Shown here: positions 47,173-55,812 of the stretch, one piece after another
How the letters are laid out: each line of letters starts with the position of its first letter
How positions within the stretch are numbered: the first letter of the stretch is position 1
Assembly: GCA_050011735.1 (NCBI GenBank)
Contig: JBEKIN010000001.1
Coordinates: 1 to 57,234, forward strand
DNA: 57,234 nucleotides
Source: Acidobacteriaceae bacterium
GTDB lineage: Bacteria > Acidobacteriota > Terriglobia > Terriglobales > Acidobacteriaceae
Direction: 5' to 3'
Made by a program: the position numbers and the translations under genes
The notes under the pieces: model-generated
Seen by the model: only the letters and a program-made list of their open reading frames with translations
Told to the model about the DNA's origin: nothing
The model's database searches: none

Positions 47173-48009
47173 ATGCTTCTGGTGCTCAACGTTAACAACA
47201 CCAACACCGTGATCGCCCTCTACGCGCTCACCCCCGACGGCCGTACCGGCGACCTGCGCGCCACATGGCGCATCAGCACGCGCCAGGGCCAAACCGCCGA
47301 CGAATACGGCATCCTCATCCGCAGTCTTCTTCAGCACGAAAACGTCGAGACCGGAGCCATTCGCGGCATCGTGATCGCTTCCGTCGTCCCTCCCATCGAT
47401 TGGATCCTTCGCCAGTTCTGCGAGCGCACCTTCGCCCAGAAGCCACTCTTTATCGAACCCGGCGTCAAGACCGGCCTGCCGATTCTCACCGACAATCCCG
47501 GCGAAGTTGGCGCCGATCGCGTCGCCAACTGTGTCGGCGCCTTCCACAAATATGGAGGCCCCACCATCGTCGTCGACTTCGGCACCGCCACCAATTTCGA
47601 CGTCGTCTCGAAGAAAGGCGAATTCCTCGGCGGCGCCATCGCCCCCGGCCTTAACATCTCCGCCGAAGCCCTCTTCTCCCGCGCCGCGCGCCTCCCCCGC
47701 GTCGAAATTCGCCGCCCCGCAAAAATCATCGGCACCAACACTGTCGACAATCTCCAGATCGGCCTCTTCTGGGGCCACATCGGATTAGTCGACTCGATCC
47801 TCGAGCGCATGATGGCCGAACTCGGACCCGAAACGAAGTGCGTCGCCACCGGGGGCCTCGCCCACCTGATCGCACGCGAATCGAAATACATTTCCGAAGT
47901 CAACGACCGCCTCACCCTCGAAGGCCTGCGCCTCATCTACGACCGCAATCGCGCCGCCCGCAGCCCGGCGCACTCCGAGCCGCAGCCGGCCCGCACCTCC
48001 GGCGCGTAA
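47173..48009 (+). CDS. coaX: Type III pantothenate kinase
   Basis: MLLVLNVNNTNTVIAL, GADRVAN, VVDFGTATNFD, and GGLA near the C-terminus. Confidence 0.92.
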   Translation: MLLVLNVNNTNTVIALYALTPDGRTGDLRATWRISTRQGQTADEYGILIRSLLQHENVETGAIRGIVIASVVPPIDWILRQFCERTFAQKPLFIEPGVKTGLPILTDNPGEVGADRVANCVGAFHKYGGPTIVVDFGTATNFDVVSKKGEFLGGAIAPGLNISAEALFSRAARLPRVEIRRPAKIIGTNTVDNLQIGLFWGHIGLVDSILERMMAELGPETKCVATGGLAHLIARESKYISEVNDRLTLEGLRLIYDRNRAARSPAHSEPQPARTSGA

Positions 48010-48013
48010 CGCC

Positions 48014-48712
48014 GTGGAAAACTACTTCAACTACTTCACTGAAATCGAGGAGCACTTCCAGCGCCGCCGCGGCTCCATCCTCCTCCTCTCCACGCTCGAC
48101 TGGGCGCTCATCGAAACCTGGCGCGAAGCGGGCATTCCCATCGAGGCCGTTCTCCGCGGCATCGACACCGCCTTCGATCGCTACGACACGCGCAAACACC
48201 GCACCGCGCGCCGTATCAACGGCCTTGCCTGGTGCGCTCAGGAAGTAATGACCGCCGCCGACGACCTTCGCGAAGCCTCCCTCGGCGTTGCGAAACCGCA
48301 ATCCCAAACCGACAGAGCTGGCCTCGAATGGGACCGCATCGCTGCGCATCTCGACCAAGCCGCATCCGATCTGAAAGCCGCTTCACTGACTGGGCTCGCC
48401 GCGCAAACCGCGTCGGAAATCGCCGATCGCCTCGCAGTCCTCGCTGCACCCCCTGAATCCCCACTCAATCTCGAAGACCTCGAACGCAACCTTACTGTCC
48501 TCGAAGAGAAACTCCTCAACGCTCTCATCGTCACAACTTCTGAAGCCGAACTCACCGCCCTCCGCGAACAAAGCGCCCAGGAACTCGCCCCCTACCGCCG
48601 CCGCATGCAGGCTCTTCAGATTCGCCAAATCGAGCAGCAGTTTCTCCACAAACGCCTGCTCGAAAAACACGACCTCCCGCGCCTCAGCCTGTTTTATATG
48701 AGGCAGGAATGA
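48014..48712 (+). CDS. Hypothetical protein, 232 aa, no family recognised
   Basis: Starts 4 nt after coaX and overlaps the next gene by 4 nt (ATGA). N-terminal ~85 aa looks globular (ENYFNYFTEIEEHFQRRRGSILLLSTLDWALIETWREAGIPIEAVLRGID). The C-terminus is helical or coiled (LEDLERNLTVLEEKLL..., RRRMQALQIRQIEQQFL). Confidence 0.6.
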   Translation: MENYFNYFTEIEEHFQRRRGSILLLSTLDWALIETWREAGIPIEAVLRGIDTAFDRYDTRKHRTARRINGLAWCAQEVMTAADDLREASLGVAKPQSQTDRAGLEWDRIAAHLDQAASDLKAASLTGLAAQTASEIADRLAVLAAPPESPLNLEDLERNLTVLEEKLLNALIVTTSEAELTALREQSAQELAPYRRRMQALQIRQIEQQFLHKRLLEKHDLPRLSLFYMRQE

Positions 48713-49992
48713 AGCTGCTCATCGACAAAGCCGTCTATGGCGGATCAGGTCTCGCCCGCGTCGATGGCAAAGCCGTCTTCGTCCCCTTCACCCTCCCCGG
48801 CGAAACCGTCGAAGCGGAAATCGTCCGCGACAAAGGCAGTTTTTCCACCGCGGAGCTTCAGTCGGTACTCGAAGCGAGTCCAGCGCGCGCCCAACCTCCA
48901 TGTGTGTACTTTGGCCAATGTGGAGGCTGCCATTATCAGCAGGCGATCTACGAAGCCCAGGTCGAAATGAAGCTCGCCATCTTGCGCGAAACCCTCGAGC
49001 GTGCTCGCATGCGCGAAATCCCGGACATCGAGGCCGTTGCTGCTGAGCCCCTCGGCTACCGCAATCGCATCCGCCTCCACGTTCAGGCCAATCCGTTCGC
49101 TCTCTGTTACAAATTCCGCAAATCGCACACCAACCTTCCCGTAACCACTTGCCCCATCGCCGCGCCGGTGCTGCAGCGTGCCATCCAAACCCTCAATCGC
49201 GAAGGGCAAGCCCCAGGACTCGCCACATTTGTAACCGAAATAGAGCTGTTTAGTGCTCCAGACGAATCCTCGCTGCTCGTTTCCCTCTGGACCGGCCATT
49301 CTGCCGACGAGGCAAAGTCCATTCTGGATAAAATGTCGCCGCAACTGCGACAGATTCTCCCCGAAATCCAGGGAATCGGCGTCTTCGCCATGGAGAAAGG
49401 CCGCACCACCGGCCGCCTTCTCGCCCATTCTGGTGCAGAGTCGCTCCTATACTTTTCCGGCACGCACCGCTACCGCGTCAGTCTGGCATCCTTCTTCCAG
49501 GTCAATCGCTTCCTTCTCGACCCGCTCGTCCAGCTCGTCACCGTCGGCGAATCTGGCGGCGCGGCGTGGGATCTGTACGCCGGCGTCGGACTCTTCTCGC
49601 TCCCTCTGGCCGAGGCCTTCTCCGCAATCACCGCTGTGGAGTCGTCTCCCTCCGCTGTCCGCGATCTCCGCGAAAACCTTCGCGAAGCCAAACACCGCGT
49701 CGTCGCCTCTGACACGGCTGCTTTCCTGCGTCAGGCCCTCCAGCACCGTCAGCCGGCTCCCGACCTCGTCGTCGTCGACCCACCTCGTGCCGGCCTCCTC
49801 CGCGAGGTCACTACCGCCCTCGGAAAAATCCGCCCGCGCAAGATTACTTACGTTTCCTGCGACCCCGCCACGCTCAGCCGCGACCTCGCTGGGTTGCTAG
49901 AATCCGGCTATCGCCTCAGAAGGATGCATCTGCTCGACCTTTTCCCGCAGACTTATCACATCGAGTCCGTGACCCATCTGTCGTTGGACTGA
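48709..49992 (+). CDS. TRAM-domain, Fe-S-containing SAM-dependent RNA (uracil-C5)-methyltransferase (RlmD/RumA family)
   Basis: N-terminal TRAM-like beta domain. Cys cluster CVYFGQCGGCHYQ. DLYAGVGLFSL (SAM motif I). VVVDPPRAG. Nucleophile motif YVSCDPATLSRDL. Confidence 0.85.
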   Translation: MKLLIDKAVYGGSGLARVDGKAVFVPFTLPGETVEAEIVRDKGSFSTAELQSVLEASPARAQPPCVYFGQCGGCHYQQAIYEAQVEMKLAILRETLERARMREIPDIEAVAAEPLGYRNRIRLHVQANPFALCYKFRKSHTNLPVTTCPIAAPVLQRAIQTLNREGQAPGLATFVTEIELFSAPDESSLLVSLWTGHSADEAKSILDKMSPQLRQILPEIQGIGVFAMEKGRTTGRLLAHSGAESLLYFSGTHRYRVSLASFFQVNRFLLDPLVQLVTVGESGGAAWDLYAGVGLFSLPLAEAFSAITAVESSPSAVRDLRENLREAKHRVVASDTAAFLRQALQHRQPAPDLVVVDPPRAGLLREVTTALGKIRPRKITYVSCDPATLSRDLAGLLESGYRLRRMHLLDLFPQTYHIESVTHLSLD

Positions 49993-50016
49993 GCTGATCG
50001 GAGGCGAGCCCCTGCG

Positions 50017-52788
50017 ATGGCCACCTCCCCCGCCATTCCGCAAAGCACCGTCACGTCCTCTCCGGCGAAAGCCCTGCGCTCAAACGACTCAACCCTCCGC
50101 ATCCTCACCGCCCCAGCCCTCTTTATGGCCGTCTGTTTCGCCTGCGGGGACGCGGTTGCGCAACGCCTCTGGCTCCAGCCAGCCCATCTCCTCGTCGCTC
50201 TGGCTCTGCTCTTCACCGTTACAGTGACTGCAGCCTTCTGCGCCACCCGCGTAGCCCCCCTCACCGCCGCAACCCTCTGCCTGCTCCTTGGATTTTTCGC
50301 CGCCGAAGTTCAGCCCCGCCCGCCCAGCACGACTCCGCTCGAACGCATCGCGTTCGCAACCCCGACGTCGACTCCCTCAATACGCCGCCTTGGCATCGAG
50401 ACAACCCATATTGTCGATGGCAGCATCGTGCGCACTGCCCCGCGCCGCCTCATCGACAGCTTTGCGCCCTATTCCGACATCGTCCGCCACGAGCACAGTC
50501 AGCAAATCGACCTCCGCGTTACTGCCGTCGACAGCCAAATTCTCCCTTCGCCGGAAGGTCTCCGCCTCACCCTCTATGCGCCCGCTGCCACCGCATTCCC
50601 AAACCTTTTCTGCGGCCAGATCCTGCACGGTGCCGTCGCAATGCATACCGAGGAGCGCTTCCTCGACCCCGGCGTATGGGACGCGTCCGCGTGGCTCCGC
50701 CAGGAAGGAATTGCCGCGCTCGGCAGCGCTCACGCAGCGGATGTAACCGTCGCTGTGACGAATTCCGGCCCCAACCTCTCATGCCGCCTGCATAACATCC
50801 AGCAATCCGCCAGCGAACGCCTCGTTGGCCTAGCCGACCAACCCGTTGCCTCGCGAATCCCCGGGCTTCTTCGCCTCTCACACGATGACGCCGCGATGCT
50901 CACCGCCATGCTCACCGGCGACCGCACCCTCCTCGGTCACCGCCTGCGCGTCGGCTTCGAGCGCACCGGTTCCTTCCACCTGCTCGTCGTCTCCGGCATG
51001 CACCTCGCCATCTTTGCCGGTCTGGTCTTCTGGATCACCCGCCGCCTCCGCCTGCCGCGCGTCGCGGCATCCCTCGCGACCATCGTCCTCTCGCTTGCCT
51101 ACGCGCTCTTTACCGGCTTCGGTCAGCCTGTCCAGCGCGCCTTCTGGATGGTCACTCTCTACCTCTGCGGCCGAATGCTCTGGCGAGAACGCCATCGGCT
51201 CAACGCCATCGGATTCGCCGCCCTCGTCATGCTCGCCGCTAATCCCGCCGCAATCCTCGACGCCGGCTTTCAGATGACGCTGCTTTCCGTCCTCGCCGTC
51301 GCCGGCATTGCCGTCCGCGTCGCTGAGAAGACTTTCGGCCCATACCTTCACGCTACCCGCGACTTCTGGCTGCTTCCCCTCGACCCTTCACTCCCACCGC
51401 GCATCGCGCAATTCCGCGTGACGGTCCGCATGTTCGCGACCGCGATGCTGCCCCTCACCGGTAGCTGGCTCGCATTGCGCATCTTGCCGAAAACAGTTCG
51501 TACCCTCCTTCTTATCGCCGAACTCGTCACTACCTCCTTCGCTATCGAGCTGTTCCTGGTCCTCCCCATGGCCATCTACTTTCACCGCGTCACGGCTGTA
51601 GCTCTGCCGGTCAACATCTTCATCGTTCCCCTGCTCGGAATCCTGCTACCTCTCGCGCTCCTCACGTTGCTGCTTGTCATCATCCTTCCAAAACTCGCTG
51701 GGGTTTCCGCCATGGCCGTCGCGCTCCTCCTGCACGGAGTCCACGCGCTCGTCCTCACCTTCGGAGCCATGCGTCTCGGCGATCTCCGTATTCCCCCGCC
51801 GCCGCCCTTCGCCATTGCCGCCATCATTGCCCTCAGCACGGCCGCCCTGCTGCTCGTCCGCCTGAAACGCTTTGCCCTGACCGCCGCTGCTACCGCCCTC
51901 CTTGTCGCAACCGCTGTCACAGTTTCTCCGCGACCGATCCTGCATCGCGCCGAAACCCTCGAAGTCTCCACCATCGACGTCGGCCAGGGCGACTCTATTC
52001 TCGTCGTCACACCCCACGGCAAGACCCTGCTGATCGATGCCGGCGGCATTGTGGGGGCAGGCGGTCCCAACGTCATCGACCCCAGCGCCCATGCCTCCAA
52101 TTTCGATGTGGGCGAAGACGTCGTCTCGCCCGTTCTCTGGTCGCGCGGGATTCGTCGCCTCGACGCGGTCGCCATCACGCACGCCCACGCCGACCACATC
52201 GGCGGAATGCCGGCGGTGGTCGCGAATTTTCGCCCGCGCGAATTGTGGATCGGCATCAATCCCCACTCCTCGCTCTATGACGCGGTCCTCGCTGAAGCCC
52301 GCACCACCGGCACAATCATCATTCGTCACACCGCCGGTGACATTTTCATTTTCGACGGCATCCGCATTCGTGTCCTCGCACCCGAGCCCGGCTATCACCC
52401 CGCCGCCGCACCGGGCAATAATGACTCTCTGGTGTTACAAATGCGCTACGGAAACACCACGGCGCTGCTCGAAGGCGACGCGGAGTCGCCCAGCGAGGAC
52501 CGCATGTTGGCCGAAGGCGGTCTCCATTCCGATTTCCTCAAAGTCGGCCACCACGGCAGCCGAACCTCGACCACCCCCGATTTTCTCGCCGCCGTGTCAC
52601 CCTCCTGGGCCGCGATTTCCGTCGGCCGGCGCAATTTCTACGGCCATCCCCGCCCGGAAGTCCTCGAGCAGCTCCAAGCTGCGCACGTCTTCACCTTCCG
52701 CACCGACACGCTCGGCCTCTGTACGTTTTATCTCGATGGGAAAAACGTCCACGTCGCGGTCTGGGCAGCCCAACCGGCCGAACCCTAA
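50017..52788 (+). CDS. comEC: DNA internalisation competence protein ComEC/Rec2 with C-terminal metallo-beta-lactamase domain
   Basis: Polytopic competence-channel region (GSFHLLVVSGMHLAIFAG...). MBL domain (IDVGQGDSILV..., THAHADHIGG, LKVGHHGS). Confidence 0.9.
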   Translation: MATSPAIPQSTVTSSPAKALRSNDSTLRILTAPALFMAVCFACGDAVAQRLWLQPAHLLVALALLFTVTVTAAFCATRVAPLTAATLCLLLGFFAAEVQPRPPSTTPLERIAFATPTSTPSIRRLGIETTHIVDGSIVRTAPRRLIDSFAPYSDIVRHEHSQQIDLRVTAVDSQILPSPEGLRLTLYAPAATAFPNLFCGQILHGAVAMHTEERFLDPGVWDASAWLRQEGIAALGSAHAADVTVAVTNSGPNLSCRLHNIQQSASERLVGLADQPVASRIPGLLRLSHDDAAMLTAMLTGDRTLLGHRLRVGFERTGSFHLLVVSGMHLAIFAGLVFWITRRLRLPRVAASLATIVLSLAYALFTGFGQPVQRAFWMVTLYLCGRMLWRERHRLNAIGFAALVMLAANPAAILDAGFQMTLLSVLAVAGIAVRVAEKTFGPYLHATRDFWLLPLDPSLPPRIAQFRVTVRMFATAMLPLTGSWLALRILPKTVRTLLLIAELVTTSFAIELFLVLPMAIYFHRVTAVALPVNIFIVPLLGILLPLALLTLLLVIILPKLAGVSAMAVALLLHGVHALVLTFGAMRLGDLRIPPPPPFAIAAIIALSTAALLLVRLKRFALTAAATALLVATAVTVSPRPILHRAETLEVSTIDVGQGDSILVVTPHGKTLLIDAGGIVGAGGPNVIDPSAHASNFDVGEDVVSPVLWSRGIRRLDAVAITHAHADHIGGMPAVVANFRPRELWIGINPHSSLYDAVLAEARTTGTIIIRHTAGDIFIFDGIRIRVLAPEPGYHPAAAPGNNDSLVLQMRYGNTTALLEGDAESPSEDRMLAEGGLHSDFLKVGHHGSRTSTTPDFLAAVSPSWAAISVGRRNFYGHPRPEVLEQLQAAHVFTFRTDTLGLCTFYLDGKNVHVAVWAAQPAEP

Positions 52789-54059
52789 CGCCGTTTCGGC
52801 ATGGCCTCCAGCGCGTCACACGCAGTGACCGCCCCATTCTCCGCCGCGATCTTCGCCGCCACCGCGCCCGCGCACGACACATAAGCACTGTCAGAGAGCA
52901 GCTGCTGGATCAGCCGCGCGGCCGGCTTCGCCCTGTATCGCTTTCGCCCCAGCACCTCGGCTACGCCCAGCCGCCTTACCCGCCGCGCATTATCCGGCTG
53001 ATCGTGGCTGTACGGCATTACCAGCATCGGCCGCCCCGCGCGCAGAGCTTGGGCAGTCGTCCCAATCCCCGCCTGGTGGATGATCACCGACGCCCGCGGA
53101 AAAACTTGCGAGTACGGCGCATAGCGCGTCACACAAATCGTTTCCGGCAGCTTGCGCTTCGGCAGATTCCGATCATCCGCCCCAATCAGCAGCACCGCGC
53201 GCTGCCCGAGAGTCTCCGCCGCCTGCGCACTCTGCTCGTAAAAATCCCCGGCATGCATCACGGCTGCCGAGCCCAGCGTGAACACCAATGGGGGTGGCCC
53301 CGCACCCAGAAACGCCGCGAGTTCCGGCGGCAACCGCCCCTCGTCACCCGTGCCGTCATAAAACGCGAACCCGGTGATCTTCGCTGAGGGTGGCCAGTCC
53401 GGCTGCGGGGCGCCCATCACCGAAGAGTAGAGCGCCAGCACCAGGCTCTCCGAGTGCTTCGCATCAAAGACAGGATCCTTTCCCCGCGCCAGCCCCAGCT
53501 CGGCCCGCAGCGCATACACCGGCTCCGGCCACTTCCGCGTCACAAACCTGGCGAAGCGCGCCACCACGTGTCCCAGCGCAGGCACCGCTTCCTGCATCTT
53601 TGCCAGCGCCGGATACGGCGGCAGCACCGGCGGATCGTATCCCGAAAAAAACGAAAACGGCGCCAGCACGTAAGAGGCCCACGGCACCCCCGTCTTCTCC
53701 GCGACAATCGGGCCAGCGTACGCCAGCTCGCCCGTCACCAGCAGGTCCGCACCACCCTCCGCCTCCACCGCAGCCAGCAAATCCTCGTAGCTCTCCCGCA
53801 GGGCAGGGAAGAGGAATTTCCGCAGCCCCGTCTCAGTCCCATGCTTGATGTCGTAGATCATCGCGATCAGCCGCGTGTCGTTCGGGTCCTGCTCCGGCCG
53901 TACCGGCGCGAACCCGATACCCAGCGGCTCGATCTTCGGCCGAAACATCTCCGGCACCGCCAGCACCGGGAGGTGCCCGCGCCGCTTCAGCTCCAGTGAC
54001 AGGGCGATCAGAGGATTTACATCGCCAAACGTGCCATAGGTCGAAAAAACGATTCTCAT
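52785..54059 (-). CDS. GT1-family glycosyltransferase (MGT/UGT-like, GT-B fold)
   Basis: MRIVFSTYGTFGDVNPLIALSLELKRRGH (N-terminal acceptor-domain motif) and the C-terminal donor motif HQAGIGTTAQALRAGRPMLVMPYSHDQPDNA. Confidence 0.8.
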   Translation of the reverse strand: MRIVFSTYGTFGDVNPLIALSLELKRRGHLPVLAVPEMFRPKIEPLGIGFAPVRPEQDPNDTRLIAMIYDIKHGTETGLRKFLFPALRESYEDLLAAVEAEGGADLLVTGELAYAGPIVAEKTGVPWASYVLAPFSFFSGYDPPVLPPYPALAKMQEAVPALGHVVARFARFVTRKWPEPVYALRAELGLARGKDPVFDAKHSESLVLALYSSVMGAPQPDWPPSAKITGFAFYDGTGDEGRLPPELAAFLGAGPPPLVFTLGSAAVMHAGDFYEQSAQAAETLGQRAVLLIGADDRNLPKRKLPETICVTRYAPYSQVFPRASVIIHQAGIGTTAQALRAGRPMLVMPYSHDQPDNARRVRRLGVAEVLGRKRYRAKPAARLIQQLLSDSAYVSCAGAVAAKIAAENGAVTACDALEAMPKRR

Positions 54060-54081
54060 CGCGCGTTGGTTGCTGTCTTGC

Positions 54082-55644
54082 TCAGAAGCTCGCCTCGAAG
54101 ATGTGGAACCTGCGCTCCAGTTCCCATTCCTCCTGCGCTTTCTCGCTGCCGTGGTTTAGCGTCGCGCATTCTCCAGCAGGCGTCTCCCTCCCCAGTTGCC
54201 CTCGGCACGCTGCGACGGGCGTTTCCAGCTTCTCCGGCGTCACGCGCTCCCAAATGCTCCCCCCCGGCAGAAAGCTGTGCTCGATCGAAGTCCGCACCAT
54301 CAACTTCAAATCGTGATAGCTCAGCGGATATGTAGCCGCTGCGCGCACGTATTCATGCGTCAGGTCGATCCGCGAGACGCCCTCATCATCCGTCGACAGC
54401 GCCACCGGCACCCCAGACTTCCGGTACAGCATGAATGGGTGATCGTTTCCTTTCACATTCAAAATCACGTCGTTACTGGTCAGGTTTACCTCGACCATTA
54501 CGTGCCGGTCCGCCATCTCCTTCATCAGCTCCCCGGGCCGGTCCTCATACATCACGTCCACGCCGTGCCCGATTCGCTCCGCGTGCCCCTCTTCCACCGC
54601 CATCCGAATGTGAAACTTCAGCCCGTCGGGGGGGGCCATATCGGCGCTAATCTCGCCCGCATGCAGCGTGATGTGCACCTTCGGATACTGCCCATGCAGA
54701 TAATCCAGCATTTTCATTTGCAGCGCATAATCCCGCATCGAAATATACCCGTCCTCGGGCATTACAAAATTAATTCCCACTACATCGGGATCAGCAGAGG
54801 CAACCTCGAACCCCAGCAGGGTTTGAGAAAACACCTGCGCGGGCGGAAATCCGCGCAGCACCTGATACAGGAAACGCACCGTCACCCTGCACCCAGGCAG
54901 CGCGTCTGCCAGCCCGCAATGTTCTATCTCGTTCCGCTTCCGCAGCGCATCGCCGTACTCCTCGCGCGCATTCCCTATGTTGCCGCGAAATCCGTCATCG
55001 GCCAGCAGCGCCGCCTTCAGCCGCGCCCCGTCGCCGTCCCAGCCGATGCGCGTTCCCGCCGCCGCTGCAGGTCTGAATCCCGGCGTCTGCATCAGCTCCA
55101 GATACTGTTCGTTCTGCGCCGCCGCCCGCGATGCCACTTCGTCGATCCACTCCCCGGTGAATCGCTTATCGTCGCCAAAACGCCCGAACGCATCGAAGAA
55201 GTGATCGTGTCCCGACTCGCCCGTCACCGGCACAAACGTCCGCATCGAAAACGCGTCGATCAGTTCGTCATAGAGATGCTGATTCGAGGGAACATCCCTC
55301 GCCGCGGGCTCGCCGGCCGGGCAATCCGGAGCGTGATGCTCGGCATCCATCTTCAGCCGCACCGCGTCCACGCAGATCCCGTCTTCGCCCGCCTCGCGGA
55401 TGAACGTCTCCGCATACACCGCCCCGCCCAGATGGTTATGCAGATCGCCGCCCTTCGGCATCCTGAACAAGAAAACCCGCAGCGCCGCCGGACCTTCTTT
55501 CCTCGCCTCCTCAAACGCGCGCTCTGCCCGCGCCTCACCTGGCGAAGCCGGAGTGGCCTGGGCCGTTAGCCGAAAGCAGCACGAGAAGAGAACGCTGGCA
55601 GCCAACACTGAAGAAGCAACACACGCGCAGCGAGTTTTCGACAT
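54082..55644 (-). CDS. Secreted adenosine/AMP-deaminase-family protein (520 aa)
   Basis: Signal peptide MSKTRCACVASSVLAASVLFSCCF. Metal and catalytic motifs GGDLHNHLGG, ITLHAGE, GHG and LSTDDEGV. Confidence 0.8.
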   Translation of the reverse strand: MSKTRCACVASSVLAASVLFSCCFRLTAQATPASPGEARAERAFEEARKEGPAALRVFLFRMPKGGDLHNHLGGAVYAETFIREAGEDGICVDAVRLKMDAEHHAPDCPAGEPAARDVPSNQHLYDELIDAFSMRTFVPVTGESGHDHFFDAFGRFGDDKRFTGEWIDEVASRAAAQNEQYLELMQTPGFRPAAAAGTRIGWDGDGARLKAALLADDGFRGNIGNAREEYGDALRKRNEIEHCGLADALPGCRVTVRFLYQVLRGFPPAQVFSQTLLGFEVASADPDVVGINFVMPEDGYISMRDYALQMKMLDYLHGQYPKVHITLHAGEISADMAPPDGLKFHIRMAVEEGHAERIGHGVDVMYEDRPGELMKEMADRHVMVEVNLTSNDVILNVKGNDHPFMLYRKSGVPVALSTDDEGVSRIDLTHEYVRAAATYPLSYHDLKLMVRTSIEHSFLPGGSIWERVTPEKLETPVAACRGQLGRETPAGECATLNHGSEKAQEEWELERRFHIFEASF

Positions 55645-55812
55645 GGACTCTTCAATTTCCTCGAGAGGGAAAGGTCAAGCTGTGGCACAAGTGTATCGCG
55701 TCTTTCTCCGGCGAATACCCGCCGCCAGCATCTGCGGTAATTACGTTGCCCAACGTTCCTAAGCTGCCGAAGGACTCCTGCGGCGCCAATGAATGCCTGG
55801 TGAGTCACCCCG

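Noticed and set aside
52785-52788. The 4-nt overlap of the convergent comEC and GT1 stop codons (CTAA).
   Set aside because: It is real but trivial. It reflects compact genome packing and is not evidence of regulation.
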